The notes beneath the pieces are model-generated. The model searched no databases. It saw only the letters and a list, made by a program, of their open reading frames with translations, and had not been told where the DNA came from. A DNA stretch of 64,000 nt, taken from Macrostomum lignano (taxonomy: Eukaryota). The stretch lies in contig NIVC01000234.1 of assembly GCA_002269645.1 (NCBI GenBank), positions 119,687 through 183,686 on the forward strand, given 5' to 3'. Of the stretch, positions 35,500 to 48,900 are shown in pieces. Within the stretch, counting starts at the first letter, position 1. Each line of letters begins with the position of its first letter. Position numbers and translations under genes: made by a program.

Positions 35500-38400
35500 T
35501 TTTATGTTTGACATGGTGGCTCTTTTATGTTCTACATGGCAACTCTTTTATGTTTGAAACAATGGCTTTTTAATGTCTGACATGGTGGCTCTTTTATGTT
35601 TTACATGGTGGCTGTTTTATGCTTGACATGGTGGCTCTTTAATGTTTAACCTGGTGGCTCTTTTATGTTTGACACAGTGGCTCTTTAATGTTCGACAAAG
35701 TGGCTATTTAATGTTTGACAAGGTGGCTTTTAAATGTTCAAAATGGTGGCTCTTTAATGTTTGACATAAAGACACATATATGTTTGACATGGTGGCTCTT
35801 AAATGTTTGACATGGTGGCTCTTTAATGTTTGACATGGTGGCTCTTTAATGTTCTAAATGGTGGCTCTTTAATGTTCTACATGGCAACTCTTTTATGTTT
35901 GAAACAATGGCTTTTTAATGTCTGACATGGTGGCTCTTTTATGTTTTACATGGTGGCTCTTTTATGTTTGACACAGTGGCTCTTTAATGTTCGACGAAGT
36001 GGCTATTTAATGTTTGACAAGGTGGCTTTTAAATGTTCAAAATGGTGGCTCTTTAATGTTTGACATAAATACACATATATGTTTGACATGGTGGCTCTTA
36101 AATGTTTGACATGGTGGCTCTTTAATGTTTGACATGGTGGCTCTTTAATGTTCTAAATGGTGGCTCTTTAATGTTTGACATGGTAGCTCTTTTATGTTCG
36201 ACATGGTGGCTCTTTTAGGTTTGACATGGTGGCTCTTTTAGGTTTGACATGGTGGCTCTTTAATGTTCTAAATGGTGGCTCTTTAATGTTTTACATGGTG
36301 GCTCTTAAATGTTTGACATGGTAGCTCTTTTATGTTGACATGGTAGTTCTTTTAGGTTTGACATGGTGGCTGGTTAATGTTCGGTATAATGGCCCTTTAA
36401 TGTTCAACGTAGTGGCTCTTTAATATTCTACATAGTGGCTCTTTTATGTTTAACATGGTGGCTCTTTAATGTTCGAAATGGTGGCTCTTTTGTTTTACAT
36501 GGTGGCTCTTTAATGTTTGACATGGTGGCTCTTTAATGTTTGACATAAAGTCCCTTATATGTTCGATATGGTGGCTCTTTTATGCTTGACATGATGGCTC
36601 TTTTAGGTTTAACATGATGGCTCTTTTAGGTTTAACATGGTGGCTCTTTTAGGTTTAACATGGTGGCTCTTAAATGTTTGACATAAAGTCACTTATATGG
36701 TTGACATGGTGGCTCTTTTATATTCTACATTTTGGCTCTTAAATTTTCGACATGGTGGCTCTTTTAGGTTTGACATGGTGGCTCTTTAATGTTTGACACG
36801 GTGGCTCTTTAATGTTTAACATAGTGACTCTTTTAGGTTTGACATGGTGGCTCTTTAATGTTTGACATGGTGGCTCTTTAATGTTTAACATAGTGACTTT
36901 TAATGTTTGACATAATGGCTCTTTAATGTTCGACATGGTGGCTCTTTAATATTCGACATGGTGTCTCTTTAATGTTCGACATAGTGGCTCTTTTATGTTT
37001 TACATGGTGGCTCTTTTATGTTTGAAACGATGGCTTTTTAATGTCTGACATGGTGGCTCTTTTATGTTTTACATGGTGGCTCTTTTATGTTTGACATGGT
37101 GGCTCTTTATTGTTTGACATGGTGGCTCTTTAATGTTTAACCTGGTAGCTCTTTTATTTTTGACACAGTGGCTCTTTAATGTTCGACAAAGTGGCTATGT
37201 AATGTTTGACAAGGTGGCTTTTAAATGTTTGACATGGTGGCTCCTTAATGTTCAAAATGGTGGCTCTTTAATGTTTGACATAAAGACATATATATAATTG
37301 ACATGGTGGCTCTTAAATGTTTGACATGGTGGCTCTTTATTGTTTGACATGGTGGCTCTTTAATGTTTGACATGGTGGCTCTTTAATGTTCTAAATGGTG
37401 GCTCTTTAATGTTTGACATGGTAGCTCTTTTATGTTCGACATGGTGGCTCTTTTAGGTTTGACATGGTGGCTCTTTTAGGTTTGACATGGTGGCTCTTTA
37501 ATGTTCTAAATGGTGGCTCTTTAATGTTTTACATGGTGGCTCTTAAATGTTTGACATGGTAGCTCTTTTATGTTGACATGGTAGTTCTTTTAGGTTTGAC
37601 ATGGTGGCTGGTTAATGTTCGGTATAATGGCCCTTTAATGTTCAACGTAGTGGCTCTTTAATATTCTACATGGTGGCTCTTTTATGTTTAACATGGTGGC
37701 TCTTTAATGTTCGAAATGGTGGCTCTTTTGTTTTACATGGTGGCTCTTTAATGTTTTACATGGTGGCTCTTAAATGTTTGACATGGTAGCTCTTTTATGT
37801 TGACATGGTAGTTCTTTTAGGTTTGACATGGTGGCTGGTTAATGTTCGGTATAATGGCCCTTTAATGTTCAACGTAGTGGCTCTTTAATATTCTACATGG
37901 TGGCTCTTTTATGTTTAACATGGTGGCTCTTTAATGTTCGAAATGGTGGCTCTTTTGTTTTACATGGTGGCTCTTTAATGTTTGACATGGTGGCTCTTTA
38001 ATGTTTGACATAAAGTCCCTTATATGTTCGATATGGTGGCTCTTTTATGCTTGACATGATGGCTCTTTTAGGTTTAACATGATGGCTCTTTTAGGTTTAA
38101 CATGGTGGCTCTTTTAGGTTTAACATGGTGGCTCTTAAATGTTTGACATAAAGTCACTTATATGGTTGACATGGTGGCTCTTTTATATTCTACATTTTGG
38201 CTCTTAAATTTTCGACATGGTGGCTCTTTTAGGTTTGACATGGTGGCTCTTTAATGTTTGACACGGTGGCTCTTTAATGTTTAACATAGTGACTCTTTTA
38301 GGTTTGACATGGTGGCTCTTTAATGTTTGACATGGTGGCTCTTTAATGTTTAACATAGTGACTTTTAATGTTTGACATAATGGCTCTTTAATGTTCGACA

Positions 38401-41400
38401 TGGTGGCTCTTTAATATTCGACATGGTGTCTCTTTAATGTTCGACATGGTGGCTCTTTTATGTTTTACATGGTGGCTCTTTTATGTTTGAAACGATGGCT
38501 TTTTAATGTCTGACATGGTGGCTCTTTTATGTTTTACATGGTGGCTCTTTTATGTTTGACATGGTGGCTCTTTATTGTTTGACATGGTGGCTCTTTAATG
38601 TTTAACCTGGTAGCTCTTTTATGTTTGACACAGTGGCTCTTTAATGTTCGACAAAGTGGCTATGTAATGTTTGACAAGGTGGCTTTTAAATGTTTGACAT
38701 GGTGGCTCCTTAATGTTCAAAATGGTGGCTCTTTAATGTTTGACATAAAGACATATATATAATTGACATGGTGGCTCTTAAATGTTTGACATGGTGGCTC
38801 TTTATTGTTTGACATGGTGGCTCTTTAATGTTTGACATGGTGGCTCTTTAATGTTCTAAATGGTGGCTCTTTAATGTTTGACATGGTAGCTCTTTTATGT
38901 TCGACATGGTGGCTCTTTTAGGTTTGACATGGTGGCTCTTTTAGGTTTGACATGGTGGCTCTTTAATGTTCTAAATGGTGGCTCTTTAATGTTTTACATG
39001 GTGGCTCTTAAATGTTTGACATGGTAGCTCTTTTATGTTGACATGGTAGTTCTTTTAGGTTTGACATGGTGGCTGGTTAATGTTCGGTATAATGGCCCTT
39101 TAATGTTCAACGTAGTGGCTCTTTAATATTCTACATGGTGGCTCTTTTATGTTTAACATGGTGGCTCTTTAATGTTCGAAATGGTGGCTCTTTTGTTTTA
39201 CATGGTGGCTCTTTAATGTTTGACATGGTGGCTCTTTAATGTTTGACATAAAGTCCCTTATATGTTCGATATGGTGGCTCTTTTATGCTTGACATGATGG
39301 CTCTTTTAGGTTTAACATGATGGCTCTTTTAGGTTTAACATGGTGGCTCTTTTAGGTTTAACATGGTGGCTCTTAAATGTTTGACATAAAGTCACTTATA
39401 TGGTTGACATGGTGGCTCTTTTATATTCTACATTTTGGCTCTTAAATTTTCGACATGGTGGCTCTTTTAGGTTTGACATGGTGGCTCTTTAATGTTTGAC
39501 ATGGTGGCTCTTTAATGTTTAACATAGTGACTTTTACTGTTTGACATAATGGCTCTTTAATGTTCGACATGGTGGCTCTTTAATATTCGACATGGTGTCT
39601 CTTTAATGTTCGACATGGTGGCTCTTTTATGTTTTACATGGTGGCTCTTTTATGTTTGAAACGATGGCTTTTTAATGTCTGACATGGTGGCTCTTTTATG
39701 TTTTACATGGTGGCTCTTTTATGTTTGACATGGTGGCTCTTTATTGTTTGACATGGTGGCTCTTTAATGTTTAACATGGTAGCTCTTTTATGTTTGACAC
39801 AGTGGCTCTTTAATGTTCGACAAAGTGGCTATTTAATGTTTGACAAGGTGGCTTTTAAATGTTTGACATGGTGGCTCCTTAATGTTCAAAATGGTGGCTC
39901 TTTAATGTTTGACATAAAGACATATATATAATTGACATGGTGGCTCTTAAATGTTTGACATGGTGGCTCTTTATTGTTTGACATGGTGGCTCTTTAATGT
40001 TCGACAAAGTGGCTCTTTAATGTTCTTCATGGTATAGCTCTTTTATCTTCGACATGGTGGCTCTTTAGGTTTGACATGGTGGCTAATTTAGGTTTGACAT
40101 GGTGGCTCTTAAATGTTTGACATGGTGGCTCTTAAATGTTTCAAATGGTGGCTCTTCAATGTTTTACATGGTGGCTCCTAAATGTTTGACATGGTGGCTC
40201 GTAAATGTTTGACATGGTTGCTCTTTAATGTTCGAAATGGTGGCTCTTTTGTTTTACATGGTGGCTCTTTAATGTTTGACATGGTGGCTCTTTAATATTC
40301 TACATTGTGGCTCTTAAGTGTTCGAAATGGTGGATCTTTTAGGTTTGACATGATGGCTGTTTAATGTTTGACATGATGGCTCTCTAATGTTTGACATGAT
40401 GGCTCTGTAATGTTTGACATGGTAGCTCTTTTATGTTGACATGGTGGTTCTTTTAGGTTTGACATGGTGGCTGTTTAATGTTCAGTATAATGGCTCTTTA
40501 ATGTTCAACATAGTGGCTCTTTAATATTCTACATGGTGGCTCTTTTATGTTTAACATGGTGGCTCTTTAATGTTCGAAATGGTGGCTCTTTTGTTTTACA
40601 TGGTGGCTCTTTTAGGTTTAACATGGTGGCTCTTTTAGGTTTAACATGGTGGCTCTTTTAGGTTTAACATGGTGGCTCTTTTATGCTTGATATGGTGGCT
40701 CTTTATTGTTTAACATGGTGACTTTTAATGTTTGACATGGTGGCTCTTTAATGTTCGACATGGTGGCTCTTTAATGTTTGGCATGGTGGCTCTTTAATGT
40801 TTTACATGGTGGCTCTTTTATGTTCGACATGTTGGCTCTTTAATGTTTGACATGGTAGCTCTTTAATGTTCGACAAAGTGGCTCCTAAATGTTTGACATA
40901 GTGGCTCTTTAATGTTCAAAATGGTGGCTCTTTTATGTTTGACATGGTGGCTCTTTAATGATTGACATAGTGGCTCTTTAATGTTCGACATAGTGGCTCT
41001 TTAATATTTGACAATGTGGCTTTTGAATGTTTGACATGGTGGCTCTTTAATGTTTGACATGGTAGCTCTGTTATGTTTGACATGGTGGCTCTTCTAGTTT
41101 TGACGCGAAGGCTCTTAAATGTTTAACATGGTGGCTCTTTAATGTTTCACATGGTGGCTCTTTAATGTTTTACATGGTGGCTCTTTTATGTTTAACATGG
41201 TAGCTCTTTAATATTTTACACGGCGGCTCTTTTATGTTCGACATGGTGGCTCTTTAATGTTCGAAATGGTGGCTCTTTAATGTTCGAAATGGTGGCTCTT
41301 TAATGTTCGAAATGGTGGCTCTTTAATGTTTGACATAAAGTCACTTATATGTTTTACATGGTGCCTCTTGAATATTAGACATGGTGGCTCGTTTATGTTT

Positions 41401-41500
41401 GACATGGTGGCTCTTTTATGTTTGACATGGTAACTCTTTTATGTTCGATATGTTGGCTCTTTAATGTTCGACATGGTGGCTCTTCTATGTTTGACATTGC
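35500..41500. repeat. 23-bp satellite, Helitron unit 3 (~6 kb, with higher-order repeats)
   Basis: Same monomer. The variant marker cattttggctcttaaattttcg recurs at 36728, 38193 and 39431. Confidence 0.96.
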
Positions 41501-42122
41501 GCTTCTTTTATGTTTAGCAGTTTTGTGTTTTTAAGGTGTTTTAATAAAAAAAATCTATTTTGCACTACTAAGATTCGAACCCAGGTCGCTAAATTAGCAT
41601 TCCAGTCTGTTCGCATCAGGGCTATCTTTTTTCAATTGGAGAACATGAATTGTGGCCCTTATAATTCAATTCTTAGAGCAAGTCAATTGGAGTAAAAAGT
41701 TATGACATAATCAATTTCTCTGTCAGCCAGAATCAGTCTCAATTTAAGTTGGCAATATGGTTACGCAATTTAAACCAAGTCGTGTGTGCATTTCTTCGAC
41801 ACTGTTTTCAACTTGTTGTGATGCAATCTTTATCACAATCGGAATTCAGCCAGTCAGTCATTCTTACAATGCATTTCAAGTCGAAAATTTGGCTTGACCT
41901 TTGCAAAAAAGAATGTTTTTCGAATATTTAATCCCTTTAACATTGAGCAATTTCTTAGCCAGGATGCATGTACCGTGCCAGGAAAATTTCTGATCAAATG
42001 GTGCAAGTTTGAAGAAAATCGGTTGAGCCATTTTTTCTGAAATCTATCGCATACCGACAGACAACTCATTTTTAGTATATTGGAAGCAAGCATACAAATA
42101 TTAGAGATTTAGTATATTTAGA

Positions 42123-42623
42123 TGGCTTGATCGTCTGCAAAGAGTAGGATGAGTGGGAAAGCAGATCTCGTAAGAGAGCGCCTAGCGCTAGAGAGTTCAA
42201 GATATTCAACAATGTCGTCAATATATAGTTCAAAAAGAATGGTAGAGAGAGGGTTGCCTTGAAGAACACCTTTAGATATTGGGATTGGCTGGGTTTCATC
42301 ATCATCATCATCTTTTTTTAGAATGAAGCAGGCATTTTTATGCATGTTCTTGATAAGTTCCATCATTTGACCTTTAATACCCTGATTATCCGTTTTGCAC
42401 CAAAGGGTCGGTTGATTTAAGCTATCGAAGGCTTTTTCATATTCAACAAATCCAATAAAGAGTTCTTCTTTGTTGTAGATGGATTGGTTTATAATGTTGT
42501 AAAGATTAAAACATTGGTCGATTGTGCTGTGATTGGGCTTGAAACCGTATTGGTATTTTGATATAAGATTGTTTGCGTATGCTAGGTTTTCGAGTCTGGA
42601 TTTAATAATTTGGCAAAAGAGCT
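42123..42623 (-). pseudogene. LINE reverse-transcriptase core fragment (duplicate of 50941-51441)
   Basis: YQYGFKPNHSTID...EYEKAFDS...KGVLQGNPLSTILFELYIDD...LLFADDQA; contiguous with the 29273 segment once the Helitron is removed. Confidence 0.88.
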
Positions 42624-45600
42624 TGACGCGGTATTTGGCAGCACCAAAAACACGAAGGCCCCGGCCGTGAGGCAGTGATCGCTTTATTTATGCAAGTTGA
42701 AGTTAAGCCTGCGATGTACATAGAGAGCGAACGTACATTAAATCAATACGATGATTCAGCTAATTATTTGTCACGATTGCTAACAGTTCAGACTGCCTCT
42801 AAGGCAAGGAATAAAATATTACATTTCTCCCCCACAAAAGGAGCATAGCAACAGGGAATAAAAAGATGAGAGTGAAACACAGCTAGCGAAATGTAGAGTA
42901 AAAAGAGGAACGCAGACTGTAATATACATTTCAATCACAGTCTCTGACAGTCCATGGCCTCAGTCACTCAGCGCTCACACCGAGGTAGTCCGGAGGACGC
43001 CGCACCCTGGCCGCGGGTACCGCCGCTCGGCCTGGCTCGACTCCGGGGCGACCTCGTGGGTCACCGGCTGCTCGCGGAGCTGCTCCGCATCGGCCTGGGC
43101 TGCGAGCCGCCTGCGCAGCCGGTTCACGTGCACCCAGTGGACCGGCCGAATGCCGAAGGCGCGGCGGATGCGCACCGAGTGGCCGCGCTGCTCGAGCACC
43201 GTCCAGTCCGGCTCCCAGTACGGCGCCAGCTTCGATCGCCGCATCTCGATTCTGAGCAACACCTGGGTGCCTTGCGGAAACTGCGGCAGGTCCGACGCCT
43301 TCTTGTCGTGCGCCGCCTTCTGTTGCTGTCCGGCGGTCACCAGGTTTTCCTCAACGAACTCGTGGATGCGGGCCAACCGACGCTCCAGCAGCGCCGAGTA
43401 GGTGCCGATGTCATACTGCTGCTCGCTGGCCTGCACCTGCGGTGGAAGCTGCGGGTCGCGGCCGGTCATCACAGTCAGCGGCGTCACCTTGGTTGAGCTG
43501 TGGACCCTGGAGTTGTAGGACAGGACCACCAGCGGCAGCTGCTCCTCCCAGCTGGACTCGGTCTCGGTGAACAGCCGCAGCAGTTGCAACAGCGACTTGT
43601 TGCCGCGCTCCACAAGGCCGTTTCCCTGCGGATGGTAGGGCGATGTGCGCGTCTTCCTGATGCCCAGCACTCGCAGCGTCTCCTGGGACAGCTCGCTCTC
43701 GAAGTTCGCGCCCTGATCCGAGTGGATGACCGATGGGACTCCGAATAGCGAGAAAACCTTGACTGCAGCGTCCGCGATGGTCTTGGCAGTCTGGTCTGGC
43801 ATCGGCATGGCGGTCAGGAACTTGGAGAACTGGTCCTGCATCACCAGCAGGTATAGCTGTTGCCGCGGTCTGACAGCGGCACCTTCAGCACGTCGATGGC
43901 CACAGTCTGCCAGGGCTTGCCGATCGGCATCTCTCCAAGTGGGGCCGCGGGGCGCTGCTGCGCCTTCTTTAGCTGGCAGGTCTGGCACTCCTGGCAGAAA
44001 CTCACCACGTCGCTCTGCAGTCCCGGCCAGTACGCGGCCTGCTTCAGCGTATCGGCCATCTTCTCTGGCCCGAAGTGGCCGCCGATGCCTTCGTGGAAGT
44101 CGGTCAGGAACTGGCGCCGCAGCGACTCCGGAATCACAGGAACGTCTCTCGGTCCTGCGGCGTCGTTGAATGCCCGGCAGAGAAAGCCATCTTGGATCCT
44201 CAGCTTCCGCCAGATGCGGCTGAGGTGTCTCAGGCTGGTGTCCGACCATCTTGGTGGAGTCGTGCTGTCCTTCTCCAGCGCCGCGAGGACCAGCTTGAGC
44301 TTCGGATCGGCAAGTTGCGCCTGCCGCATCTCCTGATTGGACACCTTCGGCTTTAGCTCCGTTGCCGACGCTCCGATCACCTCGCCGTGGCTTTCGTGCA
44401 TCCTGGACAGGCCGTCCGCCTCCACGTTGTCGACGCCCTTGGTATACTTGATGGTGAAGGCGAACTCCTGCAGCAGCAACCGCCAGCGCCCAAGCCGGCC
44501 ATGGCTGTCGACCCGCTGAGAATTCAGAAACGTGAGTGGGCAGTGGTCGGTGAAGACCGTGAAGTGCCGGCAAGCAGGTAGTGCCTGTAGGTCTTCAGGG
44601 CGTGCAGGATAGCCAGGCACTCCTTCTCGACAGTTGAGTAGCCCTTCTCCGGTGCCGTAAGCGCTCTGCTGCAGTACTCAATCACCTGGTCTCCTTGCTT
44701 GAGCACGATGCCGACTCCGGTGTTGCTGGCATCCGTGTAGAGCTGGAACTCCTTGGAGAAGTCCGGGTGGCCGATGATCGGCGGCTGCTGCAGGGCCTCC
44801 TTGAGACGTCGGAATGCCGTGCCGCACTCGCTGGTCCACTCGAACTTCTCTGTTTTGCTCGTCAGTCTGTGCAGCGGCCCGGCGATGTCGGAGAAGCTCG
44901 GCACGTACTTCCTGTACTGGTTGCAGAGGCCCAGGAACTGCCGCACCTGCGTTGGCGAATGCGATATCGGCCACTCCTGGATAGCGCGCACCTTCTCAGG
45001 GCTCACGGTGGCACCCTTGGCCGAGAACACGGTGCCGAGAAAAGTGACCTCCGGCAGGCCTAGCTGGCACTTGCGCCTCGGACGGTGAGCCCAGCGCCTC
45101 TGATCTTCTCGAAGACTTCTCGCAGGTGCCGGAGATGCTCAGCCTTCGATCTGGAGAAGCACAGCGTGTCGTCCATGTAGGTGAAGGTCTGCGCGGCGCC
45201 TTTGAACACGCGGTTCATTAGGATGGTGAACGAGCTCGGGCCGCCGCAGACGCCCTGCGGCATCCGCTTGAACTGGTACAGCGGCTTTCCGGGCCCTGGG
45301 CTGAAGGCCGTCTTCTGCTTGTCTTCCGGCTTCATCGGAATTTGGAAGTAGCCGCCGTTCAGGTCGATCACCGAGAAAATCTCGTTGCCAGCCAACTTGT
45401 CCTTGACGAAGTCCATCTGCGGAATGCCCTGCGCTGACCGCACCGTCTTCTTGTTCAGCTCGCGGTAATCGATCGTCAACCGCAGGTCACCGTTATTCTT
45501 CCGCACGTACACTGGAGTCGCCACGTACGGGCTGTCCGACTCCTCGATGACGTCATTGTCCAGCAGCTCCTGAATCAGCTTCCTCACCTCGGGCTCCCAG

Positions 45601-45902
45601 TGCACCGGGAGCTTCCTCGGCGGGATCCGCACCGGAACATCGTCAGTCAGCGGGATGCTGTGCTCGTGTCGATCCGTCAGCCCTGGCCGCCTGGTGAAAA
45701 TGTCGCTGAACTCGCGCACCAAAGCTCGGATGTCCGGGTCCTCCGCGACTGGCAGGTCGATCTTGGTGAAATCCGGCACCAGCTTCTCTTCAATGTCCTC
45801 GAGCTGACTGTCAGCATCGAGGTGACTCATGCCGTTGATCACACAAGAGTCCTTTGATGGGGTCTCTGCTGCACTGTCGCTGAAGTCCAGGCACATGTTG
45901 CA
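42624..45902 (-). mobile_element. Partial duplicate of the Ty3/Gypsy element (3' LTR, IN, RH, RT; truncated 5' of RT)
   Basis: Differs from 51993-55260 essentially only by 1-bp indels. The LTR lacks its first bases (tgtaac). It ends abruptly at gcacatgttgca|tagtgttcgac. Confidence 0.92.
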
Positions 45903-48900
45903 TAGTGTTCGACATAGTGGCTCTTTTATGTTTTACATGGTGGCTCTTTTATGTTTGAAACGATGGCTTTTTAATGTCTGACATGGTGGCTCTTTTATGT
46001 TTTACATGGTGGCTCTTTTATGTTTGACATGGTGGCTCTTTATTGTTTGACATGGTGGCTCTTTAATGTTTAACCTGGTAGCTCTTTTATTTTTGACACA
46101 GTGGCTCTTTAATGTTCGACAAAGTGGCTATGTAATGTTTGACAAGGTGGCTTTTAAATGTTTGACATGGTGGCTCCTTAATGTTCAAAATGGTGGCTCT
46201 TTAATGTTTGACATAAAGACATATATATAATTGACATGGTGGCTCTTAAATGTTTGACATGGTGGCTCTTTATTGTTTGACATGGTGGCTCTTTAATGTT
46301 TGACATGGTGGCTCTTTAATGTTCTAAATGGTGGCTCTTTAATGTTTGACATGGTGGCTCTTAAATGTTTGACATGGTAGCTCTTTTATGTTGACATGGT
46401 AGTTCTTTTAGGTTTGACATGGTGGCTGGTTAATGTTCGGTATAATGGCCCTTTAATGTTCAACGTAGTGGCTCTTTAATATTCTACATGGTGGCTCTTT
46501 TATGTTTAACATGGTGGCTCTTTAATGTTCGAAATGGTGGCTCTTTTGTTTTACATGGTGGCTCTTTAATGTTTTACATGGTGGCTCTTAAATGTTTGAC
46601 ATGGTAGCTCTTTTATGTTGACATGGTAGTTCTTTTAGGTTTGACATGGTGGCTGGTTAATGTTCGGTATAATGGCCCTTTAATGTTCAACGTAGTGGCT
46701 CTTTAATATTCTACATGGTGGCTCTTTTATGTTTAACATGGTGGCTCTTTAATGTTCGAAATGGTGGCTCTTTTGTTTTACATGGTGGCTCTTTAATGTT
46801 TGACATGGTGGCTCTTTAATGTTTGACATAAAGTCCCTTATATGTTCGATATGGTGGCTCTTTTATGCTTGACATGATGGCTCTTTTAGGTTTAACATGA
46901 TGGCTCTTTTAGGTTTAACATGGTGGCTCTTTTAGGTTTAACATGGTGGCTCTTAAATGTTTGACATAAAGTCACTTATATGGTTGACATGGTGGCTCTT
47001 TTATATTCTACATTTTGGCTCTTAAATTTTCGACATGGTGGCTCTTTTAGGTTTGACATGGTGGCTCTTTAATGTTTGACACGGTGGCTCTTTAATGTTT
47101 AACATAGTGACTCTTTTAGGTTTGACATGGTGGCTCTTTAATGTTTGACATGGTGGCTCTTTAATGTTTAACATAGTGACTTTTAATGTTTGACATAATG
47201 GCTCTTTAATGTTCGACATGGTGGCTCTTTAATATTCGACATGGTGTCTCTTTAATGTTCGACATGGTGGCTCTTTTATGTTTTACATGGTGGCTCTTTT
47301 ATGTTTGAAACGATGGCTTTTTAATGTCTGACATGGTGGCTCTTTTATGTTTTACATGGTGGCTCTTTTATGTTTGACATGGTGGCTCTTTATTGTTTGA
47401 CATGGTGGCTCTTTAATGTTTAACCTGGTAGCTCTTTTATGTTTGACACAGTGGCTCTTTAATGTTCGACAAAGTGGCTATGTAATGTTTGACAAGGTGG
47501 CTTTTAAATGTTTGACATGGTGGCTCCTTAATGTTCAAAATGGTGGCTCTTTAATGTTTGACATAAAGACATATATATAATTGACATGGTGGCTCTTAAA
47601 TGTTTGACATGGTGGCTCTTTATTGTTTGACATGGTGGCTCTTTAATGTTTGACATGGTGGCTCTTTAATGTTCTAAATGGTGGCTCTTTAATGTTTGAC
47701 ATGGTAGCTCTTTTATGTTCGACATGGTGGCTCTTTTAGGTTTGACATGGTGGCTCTTTTAGGTTTGACATGGTGGCTCTTTAATGTTCTAAATGGTGGC
47801 TCTTTAATGTTTTACATGGTGGCTCTTAAATGTTTGACATGGTAGCTCTTTTATGTTGACATGGTAGTTCTTTTAGGTTTGACATGGTGGCTGGTTAATG
47901 TTCGGTATAATGGCCCTTTAATGTTCAACGTAGTGGCTCTTTAATATTCTACATGGTGGCTCTTTTATGTTTAACATGGTGGCTCTTTAATGTTCGAAAT
48001 GGTGGCTCTTTTGTTTTACATGGTGGCTCTTTAATGTTTGACATGGTGGCTCTTTAATGTTTGACATAAAGTCCCTTATATGTTCGATATGGTGGCTCTT
48101 TTATGCTTGACATGATGGCTCTTTTAGGTTTAACATGATGGCTCTTTTAGGTTTAACATGGTGGCTCTTTTAGGTTTAACATGGTGGCTCTTAAATGTTT
48201 GACATAAAGTCACTTATATGGTTGACATGGTGGCTCTTTTATATTCTACATTTTGGCTCTTAAATTTTCGACATGGTGGCTCTTTTAGGTTTGACATGGT
48301 GGCTCTTTAATGTTTGACATGGTGGCTCTTTAATGTTTAACATAGTGACTTTTACTGTTTGACATAATGGCTCTTTAATGTTCGACATGGTGGCTCTTTA
48401 ATATTCGACATGGTGTCTCTTTAATGTTCGACATGGTGGCTCTTTTATGTTTTACATGGTGGCTCTTTTATGTTTGAAACGATGGCTTTTTAATGTCTGA
48501 CATGGTGGCTCTTTTATGTTTTACATGGTGGCTCTTTTATGTTTGACATGGTGGCTCTTTATTGTTTGACATGGTGGCTCTTTAATGTTTAACATGGTAG
48601 CTCTTTTATGTTTGACACAGTGGCTCTTTAATGTTCGACAAAGTGGCTATTTAATGTTTGACAAGGTGGCTTTTAAATGTTTGACATGGTGGCTCCTTAA
48701 TGTTCAAAATGGTGGCTCTTTAATGTTTGACATAAAGACATATATATAATTGACATGGTGGCTCTTAAATGTTTGACATGGTGGCTCTTTATTGTTTGAC
48801 ATGGTGGCTCTTTAATGTTCGACAAAGTGGCTCTTTAATGTTCTTCATGGTATAGCTCTTTTATCTTCGACATGGTGGCTCTTTAGGTTTGACATGGTGG

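Larger units (their letters stand above)
29274..42122 (-). mobile_element. Non-autonomous Helitron concatemer (3 head-to-tail units) carrying 18-bp and 23-bp tandem arrays
   Basis: On the minus strand: 5' TC terminus (tctaaatatactaaa, 42122) and 3' CTAG terminus (29274) with a GC hairpin (ccccc-gat-ggggg) ~10 nt inside. Inserted between A and T with no TSD; removing it restores the LINE codons caa gcc a|tt cta gct (QAILA). Internal CTAG|TC junctions at 32717/32718 and 34888/34889. No Rep/helicase ORF. Confidence 0.88.

Noticed and set aside
29830-41500. CRISPR-like array (conserved core with variable parts)
   Set aside because: Contiguous 23-bp monomers without unique spacers, no cas genes, eukaryotic context.
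42975-44573. 532-aa ORF (and its twin 52336-53934) as a novel protein
   Set aside because: Only the C-terminal half is real integrase; the N-terminal half is an off-frame read of RH/IN caused by indels.
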